From contig JBDQFC010000010.1 in the NCBI GenBank assembly GCA_040266055.1, positions 1,486 through 65,485 on the forward strand: 64,000 nt of DNA. The letters are read 5' to 3'. The notes under the pieces were generated by a model. It ran no database searches. It was not told where the DNA came from and saw nothing but the letters and a program-made list of their open reading frames with translations. A program made the position numbers and the translations under genes. Within the stretch, counting starts at the first letter, position 1. The number at the start of each line of letters is the position of its first letter. Origin of the DNA: Candidatus Nanopelagicales bacterium (GTDB lineage: Bacteria > Actinomycetota > Actinomycetes > S36-B12). Positions 9,181 through 18,518 of the stretch are shown piece after piece.

Positions 9181-10552
9181 CGGGTACGCGTGCCTTCAGG
9201 TGTGATCCGGCGTCATCGTGATCGACCGAGACCACATCACCTTCCCTATAGGCACGCGAGAGCAGATCCCCGCGGCCGTACGGCACCACCACATCGATAT
9301 CGATCAGGCTCTGTGGCAGGTCGGCTTCGATCGCCGCGAGCAACTCTTCGATCCCGGTCCCGCTCTTGGCTGACACCACCACCGCATGCGGCTCAGCCCG
9401 AAGGACGTCGGCGATTGCCTCGGGGTCGGCCACATCGGCCTTATTGATGGCGATGATCTCCGGCACTTGTCGGGCTTCGATCTCGCCCAGCACTTCGCGC
9501 ACTGCGGCGATCTGTTCACGTGGTGCTTCATCGGATCCGTCCACCACGTGCACGATGAGATCGGCATCGCGAACCTCTTCCAGCGTGGATCGAAAGGCCT
9601 CCACCAACTGGTGCGGAAGGTGCCGAACGAATCCGACGGTGTCGGACAACGTGATCTCGCGTCCTTGCGGCGTGCGGGCCTTTCTCACAGTGGGATCCAA
9701 GGTGGCGAACAACGAGTCGTCGACCAGAACGCCCGAGCCAGTGAGGCGGTTGAGCAGGCTCGACTTACCCGCGTTGGTGTACCCAGCAAGGGCAACCGTC
9801 GGGACGCCTGATTTGCGGCGCGCTTGGCGTTGGGTTTCGCGTGTTGCCTCCATCTTGCGCAACTGAGACCTGATCTTGGCCATCTGCGAACGGATGCGGC
9901 GTCTATCCGTCTCGATCTTGGTTTCACCAGGACCACGGGTCCCCACGCCGCCGGTGGCTCCGCCGGCGCGCCCACCGGCCTGTCGGGACAACGACTCACC
10001 CCAACCACGCAGCCGCGGCAACAGGTACTGCATCTGCGCCAAGCTGACCTGCGCCTTGCCCTCTCGGCTGCGTGCATGCTGAGCGAAGATGTCCAAGATC
10101 AGCCAGGTGCGATCGACCACCTTCACCTTGACGATGCCCTCGAGGGTGCGCAGTTGGCCGGGACTCAGTTCCCCGTCGCAAATGACTGTGTCTGCTCCCG
10201 ACGTCACCACCAGGTCGCGAAGTTCACGCGCCTTACCCGAGCCCACATAGGTCGCGGGATCCGGTGCGTCTCTGCGCTGAACCACACCACCGACAACCGC
10301 CGAACCCGCTGTTTCCGCGAGTTGCGCAAGTTCGCGGAGGGATCGCTCCGCCTGGGTGAGCGTCCCGGAGGTCCACACACCTACGAGCAACACCCGCTCC
10401 AAGCGGACCTGCCGGTACTCGACCTCGGTGATGTCCTCGAGCTCGGTCGATAGTCCGCTGACGCGGCGCAGAGCTTGCCGATCAAGGAGTTGCTCCTCGC
10501 CCAGGGTTGGTTCAGTCACAGGTGGAACTCCACTTACAGACCCCGGGGCCAT
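9137..10552 (-). CDS. hflX: GTPase HflX
   Basis: HflX N-domain followed by G1 GYTNAGKSSLLNRLTG, DTVGF and NKAD. Start re-chosen at MAPGS (10552); a GTG at 10519 is an alternative. The ORF-track start at 10726 runs into dapF. Confidence 0.92.
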   Translation of the reverse strand: MAPGSVSGVPPVTEPTLGEEQLLDRQALRRVSGLSTELEDITEVEYRQVRLERVLLVGVWTSGTLTQAERSLRELAQLAETAGSAVVGGVVQRRDAPDPATYVGSGKARELRDLVVTSGADTVICDGELSPGQLRTLEGIVKVKVVDRTWLILDIFAQHARSREGKAQVSLAQMQYLLPRLRGWGESLSRQAGGRAGGATGGVGTRGPGETKIETDRRRIRSQMAKIRSQLRKMEATRETQRQARRKSGVPTVALAGYTNAGKSSLLNRLTGSGVLVDDSLFATLDPTVRKARTPQGREITLSDTVGFVRHLPHQLVEAFRSTLEEVRDADLIVHVVDGSDEAPREQIAAVREVLGEIEARQVPEIIAINKADVADPEAIADVLRAEPHAVVVSAKSGTGIEELLAAIEADLPQSLIDIDVVVPYGRGDLLSRAYREGDVVSVDHDDAGSHLKARVPDGLAEELRTAATTH

Positions 10553-11400
10553 TGGAGGGTGCCGCGGGCGACGAGTTCGGCGGGTCCGCGCAGGGTTAGC
10601 CGGCCATCGCTTTCGATATCGACCCAGACGGTTCCGCCGGGAATGTCGACGCGGTAGGAGTCGCAGGTATCTAGCGGATCGGTAATAGCCGCCGCCCATG
10701 CCGCTGCACACGCCCCGGTTCCACAAGACCGGGTTTCGCCCACACCTCGTTCATAGACACGCATCCGGACGTGGCCCGCACCGACCCGTTCGACGAATTC
10801 GACGTTGACACCGTCGGGGAATGCTTCTGCAGGGGTAACCAACAAAGGCACATTGAGGCTCACGACATCGGTGTCCAAAGACTCGACAAACGCCACCGCG
10901 TGCGGATTGGGTACATGGATCGACATTGCATCCCACGATCGCTCGCCAAGTCGGGCGGTGATGGGAATCGGAGATCCCTCAGCAGTGACCGCGCCCATGC
11001 CGATCGCGATCTCCTCAGCCTCGTGCCCTCGCACCTCGGCTTCGATCAAACCACCCCGGGTTGCCACGACTGTCGTCCGAGATGAGAGCGCACCGGTGGC
11101 GTGCAGGTATCGCACAAACAGCCGGGCGCCGTTACCGCACATTTCCGCGATCGAGCCGTCCGCGTTCCGGTAGTCCATGAAGAACTCAGCTACGTCGGAA
11201 TAGGAGGCAAATTCCAGATCGTTCGCACATCGCACTACCCGCAAGACACCGTCGGCACCGATACCGCGGCGCCTGTCGCACAGCCACTGCACGCGCTCAG
11301 CCGTCACATCCAATCGACCCTCGAAGTCCGGAAGGATCACGAAGTCGTTTTGCGTTGCGTGGCCCTTGATGAAAGCCACGTCTGAGATGCGCGTCACCAC
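10534..11400 (-). CDS. dapF: Diaminopimelate epimerase
   Basis: Both catalytic Cys motifs are present (MCGNGARLF and SCGTGACAAA). 288 aa. Sits between hflX and miaA as in other actinobacteria. Confidence 0.95.
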   Translation of the reverse strand: MVTRISDVAFIKGHATQNDFVILPDFEGRLDVTAERVQWLCDRRRGIGADGVLRVVRCANDLEFASYSDVAEFFMDYRNADGSIAEMCGNGARLFVRYLHATGALSSRTTVVATRGGLIEAEVRGHEAEEIAIGMGAVTAEGSPIPITARLGERSWDAMSIHVPNPHAVAFVESLDTDVVSLNVPLLVTPAEAFPDGVNVEFVERVGAGHVRMRVYERGVGETRSCGTGACAAAWAAAITDPLDTCDSYRVDIPGGTVWVDIESDGRLTLRGPAELVARGTLQWPRGL

Positions 11401-11401
11401 G

Positions 11402-12529
11402 TCAGCCTAATGTGCGACGCCGCAGGCCCCGGGCTTCGTCGTATGCACCGTCGACGAGGTCAAGGACGTTGGGCCAGGCCTGCGCCGGTGGGACCGTTCG
11501 GTTGTGTTCAAGGATGGATGCGAGCAATTCTTGATCTGTGGCCAGCCTCAGTAGCGATGTCACCAGTCCGGCATCGTCGTCAGCCAACAGGCCTGCTACT
11601 TCGCTAGTGACGAAGTCTGCTGTGCCCGATTGTGAGCGAGCAACCACGGCTAGCCCCGCCGTCCGGGCCTCGAGTGCGGCGATACCAAATGACTCGCGCA
11701 CCGACGCTTGGACAAAGACATCCGAAGTTGCGTAGTGCGCCCGGATACGCGGCCGACTAAGGCGCCCCAAAACAGTGATCACATCACCGAGGTCGTGTCG
11801 TTCGATGTACCTGTCGACCCGACTGGACTCGGGACCATCACCAATGATGCTGGCGCGCATGCGACCACCAGAAGCCGCGATAGCTCGATGCATGGCAGTG
11901 ATGAGGGGAAGCACCCGTTTTCGCGGAGCGAGCCGCAAGACGCTGACCACCCGCACCACTCCATGGGGATCCGGAATTCGTGACACCTGCCATTCGGAGG
12001 GATCGATCCCATTCGGCAACACCAAGACCGGCTGATTCAGCGCCTCTTCAACTTTCGCAGCAGCCGCCGACCCGACGGCACTGAGCACCACACCAGAGCC
12101 CATCCCCCACGCTGTGCGGTCCAAGATTCGGTTACCCCCACGGGTCACCGCGTCCCACATGCTGTGCACTGTCACCACGGTGGGCACGCGTGCTTGACGC
12201 GCTGCCCGAATGCCACCCCAGGCAAACGGTGACGCTGCACCCGCGTGGACGTGAGCTACGTCGATGCGTTCCCGACGCAAGAACTCCAACACGTGTTCAC
12301 GGGTCTTGGGGTGAACGGGGAGATCAAACGGCAACCGGGCCGCGACGCGGAACACCGGAATGCCAGCCACCTCGTCGACTCCGGTCCGATGCTCGTCCCG
12401 GCCAGGCGTTGCGGTAACGACACGGACGTGGTGCCCAGCGGCACGCTGGCGTTCGGCAAGGCCTTGTACCTGGGTTTCGATTCCACCTGTGCGAGGCGCA
12501 TAGCAATCGGTGATGTGGGCGATTCGCAC
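11402..12529 (-). CDS. GT4-family (GT-B) glycosyltransferase
   Basis: N-terminus MRIAHITDCYAPRTGGIETQV and C-terminal E-x7-E region ESFGIAALEARTAGLAVV are typical of GT4 retaining glycosyltransferases (PimA/MshA/BshA type). Confidence 0.85.
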   Translation of the reverse strand: MRIAHITDCYAPRTGGIETQVQGLAERQRAAGHHVRVVTATPGRDEHRTGVDEVAGIPVFRVAARLPFDLPVHPKTREHVLEFLRRERIDVAHVHAGAASPFAWGGIRAARQARVPTVVTVHSMWDAVTRGGNRILDRTAWGMGSGVVLSAVGSAAAAKVEEALNQPVLVLPNGIDPSEWQVSRIPDPHGVVRVVSVLRLAPRKRVLPLITAMHRAIAASGGRMRASIIGDGPESSRVDRYIERHDLGDVITVLGRLSRPRIRAHYATSDVFVQASVRESFGIAALEARTAGLAVVARSQSGTADFVTSEVAGLLADDDAGLVTSLLRLATDQELLASILEHNRTVPPAQAWPNVLDLVDGAYDEARGLRRRTLG

Positions 12530-12586
12530 AGGGTGACGTTACGACACCTCGCTTCCCACGAATCAACGCTGCGACACAATGCCGGT

Positions 12587-13372
12587 GTGAGTACCCTGGT
12601 CTTCGTCCACGCGCATCCCGACGACGAGGCCCTACTGACGGCCGGGACGATGGCCAAAGCATCGGCTCACGGTCACCGGGTCGTCCTGATCATGGCCACC
12701 GATGGTGCTGCGGGACTGGCACGCTCGGACATTGACGACCTTGCTTCGCTAAGAAGCAAGGAACTTGAAGCGTCGGCTCGCATCCTGGGTGTGCACCGCA
12801 CAGTAAATCTCGGATACGCAGATTCTGGGCTTAAGGGCGATGCTCCGAAAGGATTCGTCGGCGCACCCGAAGCCGATGTCGCGTCACGGATCGTCGAAAT
12901 CTTGGAGCAGGAGGCTGCGGACATCGTGGTGGGGTATGACCCCAGTGGCGGCTACGGGCATCCTGATCATTTGCATGTGCATCGCGTGACACGGGCGGCG
13001 GCGCAAGCCTGGTCGAACGTTCACCACGTTCGGCTGTTCGAGGCAACACTTCCACGAGAGCCCATCGCGCGGGCGGTGCACCTGGCTGCCCGCATTCGCG
13101 CCACGCCGGCTGAATTTGATCCCAGTGAATTCGACACAGCTTGGACTCCGCGCGCTGCGATTACCCACCGCGTGAATGTCCGAGGACATCTGGCAGCCAA
13201 ACGTGCATCGCAAGCCGCCCACGCTTCACAAACTGGAGCCGATGACGGAGTTCGAACTCTGCAGATTCTTGGCACCCTGCCGAGCCCGCTCGCGCACCTG
13301 CTTTTGGGAACCGAGTACTACGTGGACGTCACCGACTCCACGATCGCTGGCGCCAGGTCTGGGGAGTCGTAG
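12587..13372 (+). CDS. PIG-L/LmbE-family N-acetylglucosaminyl deacetylase
   Basis: Signature LVFVHAHPDDEAL near the N-terminus and a later HPDHLHVH metal-site motif. GTG start chosen at 12587. The 375-aa ORF-track version is antisense overlap with the GT4 gene. Confidence 0.8.
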   Translation: MSTLVFVHAHPDDEALLTAGTMAKASAHGHRVVLIMATDGAAGLARSDIDDLASLRSKELEASARILGVHRTVNLGYADSGLKGDAPKGFVGAPEADVASRIVEILEQEAADIVVGYDPSGGYGHPDHLHVHRVTRAAAQAWSNVHHVRLFEATLPREPIARAVHLAARIRATPAEFDPSEFDTAWTPRAAITHRVNVRGHLAAKRASQAAHASQTGADDGVRTLQILGTLPSPLAHLLLGTEYYVDVTDSTIAGARSGES

Positions 13373-14247
13373 TCCCACCAGTGGATTCGGTCATCCCGAG
13401 CGAACCAGCGCTGCTGACGTCGTGCGAATTTGCGAGTGTCGTCGATGGTCTGCTGCATGGCCTCGATTTCGGTGATCTCACCAGCGAGGAGGTCAAGAAT
13501 CGGGCCATATCCAAGGGCCGCCGATGCCGTAGGGGCCGCACGTAAGCCCTGCTTTTCTAATTGCCGTACTTCATCCACGAATCCTTGGTGCCACATCTCC
13601 TCGACTCGGTGCTCGATTCGCGCATCGAGAACGTCTCTGTCGATCCGAAGCCCGAATCGGGTCGTTGGATACTCATCCACAGGTTCGGGCAGTGTGGCGA
13701 TGAAAGGCCCGCCGGTCAGCTCAATCACTTCGAGTGCGCGCACGATTCGCCGACCGTTGTTGACCTCAATGGAAGCTGCTGCCTTCGGATCGACTTGTGC
13801 GAGTTTGGCGTGTAAAGCCGGCGCTCCCACCTGCTCTAACTCGTGCTCCCACTTGATCCGAACCTTCGGATCGGTGCCGGGGAAGTCAAGTTGCTCGAGC
13901 ACCGCTCGCACGTAGAGGCCGCTTCCCCCGACAACCAGCGCGGTCGCGCCACGCTGCCGAATGTCGTCGATGGCTACCCGGGCCCGGTCGCGAAATTCCA
14001 CGACACTGACAGCCTCACTTGGCTGCCAGATATTGACCATGTGGTGCGGGATTCCATTTTGGTCCTGCTGGCTGGGCGTGGCGGTTCCGATATCCATCCC
14101 GCGGTAGGCCTGCATCGAGTCCGTACCGACGATCTCCGCTGATCGCCCGTGGGTGCCGAGCGTCTGGGCTACCTCGAGCGCCAGCGAGCTCTTGCCTGAC
14201 GCCGTGGGGCCGACGACGGCGATCAATGGAGTCGGGATCACGGTCAT
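13318..14247 (-). CDS. miaA: tRNA dimethylallyltransferase
   Basis: P-loop VVGPTASGKSSLAL and a conserved MiaA core. Adjacent to miaB. Confidence 0.95.
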   Translation of the reverse strand: MTVIPTPLIAVVGPTASGKSSLALEVAQTLGTHGRSAEIVGTDSMQAYRGMDIGTATPSQQDQNGIPHHMVNIWQPSEAVSVVEFRDRARVAIDDIRQRGATALVVGGSGLYVRAVLEQLDFPGTDPKVRIKWEHELEQVGAPALHAKLAQVDPKAAASIEVNNGRRIVRALEVIELTGGPFIATLPEPVDEYPTTRFGLRIDRDVLDARIEHRVEEMWHQGFVDEVRQLEKQGLRAAPTASAALGYGPILDLLAGEITEIEAMQQTIDDTRKFARRQQRWFARDDRIHWWDYDSPDLAPAIVESVTST

Positions 14248-14258
14248 GTAGACAGCGG

Positions 14259-15680
14259 TCAGGTCGCAGGAACGCCGATTCCCGGCATGCCGAGGACAAC
14301 GCCCGACCAGGCCCCGGGCGAGCCTTCGCGTCGGTAAATGTCGATCACCTCGTCGGCTACCAGGTGATGGGGGGCCGCATAGGTGACCTGGGCAATGACG
14401 ATGTCTCCTTCGGACACGGGGTCGTAACCGTCGACGGCGACGTGCACCAGCCGGTTGTCCTGCGCGCGTCCGCTGACTCGCTCGGTGCGGCCGTCCTTGC
14501 GACCTTCGCCGCCGGCGATCAACACCTCCACCTCGCGCCCCTCGAAGGCCTTGTTCTCCTCCCAGGCGATTTCGTTCACCAGCTCAACCAGGCGCGTATA
14601 CCGCTCTTGTACGACCTCAGGGTCGATCTGGTTCGGTAGTTCCGCCGCTGGAGTTCCCGGTCGCTTGGAGTACTGGAAGGTGAAAGCGCTCGCGAATCGG
14701 GCCTTGCGTACGACGTCCATGGTCGCGAGGAAGTCCTCCTCGGTCTCGCCGGGAAAGCCGACGATGATGTCCGTGGTGATCGCCGCGTGCGGGATCTGCT
14801 CACGGACACGATCGATGATGCCGAGGTACCGCTCACTTCGGTAGCTGCGACGCATAGCTTGCAAGATGCGATCAGAGCCCGATTGCAGCGGCATATGCAG
14901 TTGGGGCATGACGTTGTGCGTTTTTGCCATCGCATCGATGACATCGTCTGTGAAGTCGCGGGGATGTGGGCTGGTGAACCGCACTCGTTCGAGGCCGTCG
15001 ATTTCTCCACACGCACGCAGTAGATCGGCGAAGGCGCCTCGATCACCGAATTCCACTCCGTAGGCGTTCACGTTTTGACCGAGCAGCGTCACCTCCACGA
15101 CACCGTCTGCAACAAGCGCCTCGATCTCCGCCAAGATCTCACCGGGCCTGCGGTCCTTCTCCGTGCCGCGAAGTGACGGCACGATGCAAAAGGTGCAGGT
15201 GTTATTGCATCCGACACTGATGGACACCCATGCCGAGTGGGCCGATTGCCTCTTGGCGGGCAGGTCCGACGGAAAGGTCTCGAGTGCTTCCTCGATCTCG
15301 ACCTGGGCTTCGCGCTGCACGCGTGCCCGCTCGAGGAGAAGCGGGAGCGAGCCGATGTTGTGGGTGCCGAAGACCACGTCCACCCAGGGTGCCTTCTCCA
15401 CGATGACGCCCTTGTCCTTCTGAGCGAGGCAACCACCAACAGCTATCTGCATATCCGGGTTTTCGCGCTTTATCGGCGCCAGGTGCGACAGGTTCCCGTA
15501 CAGACGGTTGTCCGCGTTCTCGCGAACAGCGCAGGTGTTGAAGACCACAACATCGGCCTGTTCGCCCTCTCCTGCCGCAACAAGTCCAGACTCCTCCAGC
15601 AACCCAGTAAGCCGCTCGGAATCGTGCACGTTCATTTGGCACCCGTAGGTGCGGACCTGGTACGTGCGTGGTTGTGTCAC
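14259..15680 (-). CDS. miaB: tRNA-i6A37 methylthiotransferase
   Basis: UPF0004 N-domain [16 protein letters not shown], radical-SAM CNNTCTFC, and a C-terminal TRAM domain. Confidence 0.95.
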   Translation of the reverse strand: MTQPRTYQVRTYGCQMNVHDSERLTGLLEESGLVAAGEGEQADVVVFNTCAVRENADNRLYGNLSHLAPIKRENPDMQIAVGGCLAQKDKGVIVEKAPWVDVVFGTHNIGSLPLLLERARVQREAQVEIEEALETFPSDLPAKRQSAHSAWVSISVGCNNTCTFCIVPSLRGTEKDRRPGEILAEIEALVADGVVEVTLLGQNVNAYGVEFGDRGAFADLLRACGEIDGLERVRFTSPHPRDFTDDVIDAMAKTHNVMPQLHMPLQSGSDRILQAMRRSYRSERYLGIIDRVREQIPHAAITTDIIVGFPGETEEDFLATMDVVRKARFASAFTFQYSKRPGTPAAELPNQIDPEVVQERYTRLVELVNEIAWEENKAFEGREVEVLIAGGEGRKDGRTERVSGRAQDNRLVHVAVDGYDPVSEGDIVIAQVTYAAPHHLVADEVIDIYRREGSPGAWSGVVLGMPGIGVPAT

Positions 15681-15750
15681 CTGAGGAGTGTAGGACGCGC
15701 CCCCGTGCGGGGCCGCTCACGAGAATCGCCCCCTACTCGTAGAGGCCAAC

Positions 15751-16968
15751 TCACTGTTGCGCGGCGCTCCACGTCAGCGGCAATTCCTCCGGCATCCACA
15801 CTCGCCCACCGCGGACCTTGATCTCAGAACCCGGCGTGATTTCCATGCTCGCCACGCGCGAGGTCCACTCTTCTAAGAAGACCTGGATCTCACTTCGCGT
15901 TAGCCCCGCACCGGAACACATGTGCTGACCCGAACTGAACGCGAGATGCGCCTTGCGGGACCGGTCAAAGTCGACGGTGTGCGGATCGTCGACAACCTCG
16001 GGATCCATGCCACCTATTTGGATCAAGAAGATGATCCTGTCGCCTTCGCGGAACGGGACACCGTGGTAGTCGAAGTCGCCCTTGACACCTCGTTCGGGCT
16101 GAGCAACGCCGCTTACGCGGATCAATTCCTCCGTGGCCCCTGGAATGATTCCTGGCTCTTGTCGTAGCCGCTGGTACATCTCAGGGTTCATCGCGAGGTG
16201 CTTGATCACGAAGGACAGCATCGCCGTCACGGTGTCCAGGCCCGCGAGAAAAACGAAGACCGCTCCACCGAGGATCTCTGAGTCGGTAAGGGGTCGGCCA
16301 TCCACTTCGCCAAGGACCATCCTGCTCAGCAGGTCATCATCCGGATTGGCACGAGCCGCCTCAATTAGTCCTGTGAGGATCTCACCTAATCCCGACATCG
16401 CTGCGCGGGCTTCTTCGGGATCTTGACTGCGGAAGAATGTATGAGCGAGTTCGAGCATCTCCTCACGCAATTCCAAAGGTGCGCGCACCATGCGTAGGAA
16501 GATTTCCACCGGGTAACGCTCGGCAATAGCGCTCACGAAGTCGGCATGGCCAGCAGGAGCGAGGTCGGCCACGAGGGCGCTGGCGACTTCGCGGATCAAT
16601 GCCTCGCGCTCCCGGACGGCCTCGACCGAGAACACCGGATTGATCAGGGCACGCATCTGTGTGTGCTCGGGCGGGTCGTAATCCTTGACCAAGAAGCGCA
16701 TGGGATTGTTCCGTCGATCCTTGTTGAACTGAGGATCAGACGGGAAGTGCTCGTAGTCGCGCAGCATTTCCAGGCAGTCCGCGCGCCGGGTCACCACCCA
16801 ATGGCCTCCATTGCGCGGCGTGTAGAAGATTGGAGGTGCTTCGCCGTGTAGGCGCTGCGATACACCCCATTGAGGATCCGAAAATTCCGCCGGCGTGGCG
16901 TAGAAGTCGAAGTCAAACACCAAAGATTCGGGAATATGGGCGGGTACTTCTTCGATTGATACGGACAC
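15751..16968 (-). CDS. Cytochrome P450 monooxygenase
   Basis: Heme-thiolate loop FSSGQHMCSGAGL, EXXR (ELIR), and I-helix-like FLAGLDTV. Start moved to the GTG at 16968, which is preceded by AAGGAGG. Confidence 0.9.
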   Translation of the reverse strand: MSVSIEEVPAHIPESLVFDFDFYATPAEFSDPQWGVSQRLHGEAPPIFYTPRNGGHWVVTRRADCLEMLRDYEHFPSDPQFNKDRRNNPMRFLVKDYDPPEHTQMRALINPVFSVEAVREREALIREVASALVADLAPAGHADFVSAIAERYPVEIFLRMVRAPLELREEMLELAHTFFRSQDPEEARAAMSGLGEILTGLIEAARANPDDDLLSRMVLGEVDGRPLTDSEILGGAVFVFLAGLDTVTAMLSFVIKHLAMNPEMYQRLRQEPGIIPGATEELIRVSGVAQPERGVKGDFDYHGVPFREGDRIIFLIQIGGMDPEVVDDPHTVDFDRSRKAHLAFSSGQHMCSGAGLTRSEIQVFLEEWTSRVASMEITPGSEIKVRGGRVWMPEELPLTWSAAQQ

Positions 16969-17044
16969 GCAAGCCTCCTTGGGCACCACTGTTAATTGAT
17001 AGTAATCATGCCCAGGGATTTGTGTGCGACTTTTGGGAAAATGC

Positions 17045-17500
17045 CTATTCGACGGGACGCTTGAGCATTAGGCCGGCGCGATGGGCAATGTGCACAAGTT
17101 CGTCGCGCTGGTTGATGCCTCGATGCTCGAAGAACACAATTCCTGAATCGTCTCGGCTCTTGGATTCGCGCTTGTCCATGATCGTTGTCTCTGCGCGCAA
17201 AGTGTCGCCATGAAAGACGGGCTTGGGGAAATCGAACTTTGTGTACCCGAGGTTACCCAGCGTGGTCCCCAACGTGAGGTCGTGGACGATCATGCCACCG
17301 ATCAAGCCTGCGGTGTACAGACTCGGAACCAACCGTTGGCCGTGAATTGTCGTTTCCATGTAATGCGCATCGAGGTGAATCGGAGCCGGGTTCATCGTGA
17401 TCGAGCAGTACATGATCGTGTCGGTCTCGGTCACCGTTCGCGACCACTCATGCTTGTACTCGGTACCGACGACGAACTCCTCGAAATACAGACCAGCCAC
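17045..17500 (-). CDS. MaoC-like (R)-hydratase / hotdog-fold dehydratase
   Basis: 151 aa, single hotdog fold. MaoC-type pattern (IHLD...HG...YT.GL) with AGGAGAGAG upstream of the GTG start. Lies 40 nt downstream of the CitE-like gene. Confidence 0.82.
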   Translation of the reverse strand: MAGLYFEEFVVGTEYKHEWSRTVTETDTIMYCSITMNPAPIHLDAHYMETTIHGQRLVPSLYTAGLIGGMIVHDLTLGTTLGNLGYTKFDFPKPVFHGDTLRAETTIMDKRESKSRDDSGIVFFEHRGINQRDELVHIAHRAGLMLKRPVE

Positions 17501-17540
17501 GTGTCACTCTCTCCTGTTGTTGTGCCTTTGTTGTTGGAAA

Positions 17541-18434
17541 TCAAATGCCGCCGTTGAGCTGCTCCAGCTCGTCAACTCGTGCGAGCCACTCTGTGGCCTT
17601 GTCAGCGTGTGCCTTATCGACGTGGATATCGCCGTACATCACCGCGCCATCGCCACGCGCTTCGGCGTCCTTGTAGGTCTGGACCAATCCACGGTAGAAG
17701 TCGATGGTCTTGGCCGGCGGTGTGTAGACGGCATTGACCACCGGGACGTGCGAGGGGTGCAAGACAATCTGCCCGCGAAAGCCCATCTTGCGACCCTGGG
17801 TGGCAAACTCCCTTAACCCGTCGAGGTCATGAATCCGCTCCCACAGTGCCGTCAGCGGGTGGCGGCCGGCGGCACGCGTGGCAAGCAGGATCTTGGTCCT
17901 ATGGACGAGGGATTCCAGCCCTTCGGGCGACCACTCAAAGCCAACAGCCCGCGCGATATCCGCATGCTCGGCTGTAGGACCGATCACCGCGCCTACTCGA
18001 GGTGACGAACCGGCCACTGCTTCGCAGTTTTGAATTCCGTGGATGGTCTCCACCGGGACGATGTATTCAAGGCCCTCGACACCATGTTCGGCTTCGAAGA
18101 AGTCCACGAGGGCGTCGTACTGAATGACATCGCGTGCGGCGTCGATCTTGGGCGCGAAGATGCCGGTGAGTCCCGGCCGGATCACGGCGTCGAGATCCTT
18201 GCCTGTTAGACGTGTTGACAGAGGATTCACCCGGACGAAGAGCCCCAGATTCGGATGGCTAGCGCTGAATTGGGCAACGGCCTGGGCGACGTTGTTGCGT
18301 GCCTGGGTCTTGATGTCCGCGGGAACCGAGTCCTCCAGGTCGAACACCACCGCATCGGGCCCCGCCTCCACAGCACGGTCGAACCACGACGTCTTATGCG
18401 CTGGGATGAACAACACAGTGCGGTACGGCTTCAC
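17541..18434 (-). CDS. CitE/HpcH-family acyl-CoA lyase (citryl/citramalyl/malyl-CoA lyase-like)
   Basis: N-terminus RTVLFIPAHKTSWFDRAVEAGPDAVVFDLEDSV is typical of citrate lyase beta-like enzymes. 297 aa. Confidence 0.85.
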   Translation of the reverse strand: MKPYRTVLFIPAHKTSWFDRAVEAGPDAVVFDLEDSVPADIKTQARNNVAQAVAQFSASHPNLGLFVRVNPLSTRLTGKDLDAVIRPGLTGIFAPKIDAARDVIQYDALVDFFEAEHGVEGLEYIVPVETIHGIQNCEAVAGSSPRVGAVIGPTAEHADIARAVGFEWSPEGLESLVHRTKILLATRAAGRHPLTALWERIHDLDGLREFATQGRKMGFRGQIVLHPSHVPVVNAVYTPPAKTIDFYRGLVQTYKDAEARGDGAVMYGDIHVDKAHADKATEWLARVDELEQLNGGI

Positions 18435-18518
18435 CGGGACCCCTCACGTCGATCATGTTCAAGACCACTCAGCCTATACCCGCCATGCTGATAATGGTAA
18501 TCATTGATTATCTGACGA

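Noticed and set aside
9137-10726. 5'-extended ORF-track versions of hflX, and likewise of the chiZ-like gene (to 6629), PIG-L (from 12245), recX, DUF3046, lhr (from 25539), nei (from 30208), cinA (to 32356), the response regulator, rpsO, truB and ylxR
   Set aside because: The extensions overlap neighbouring genes, have junk-like R/P-rich composition, and precede internal starts that match the family N-termini and/or have Shine-Dalgarno sequences. Shorter coordinates were used.
13318-13372. 55-bp convergent overlap of the PIG-L gene and miaA, plus small 4-8 bp convergent overlaps at lexA/dinG, azlD/membrane protein and MFS/truB
   Set aside because: Short tail overlaps are common in compact high-GC genomes. 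Only the 102-bp tetR/recX case seemed large enough to report.
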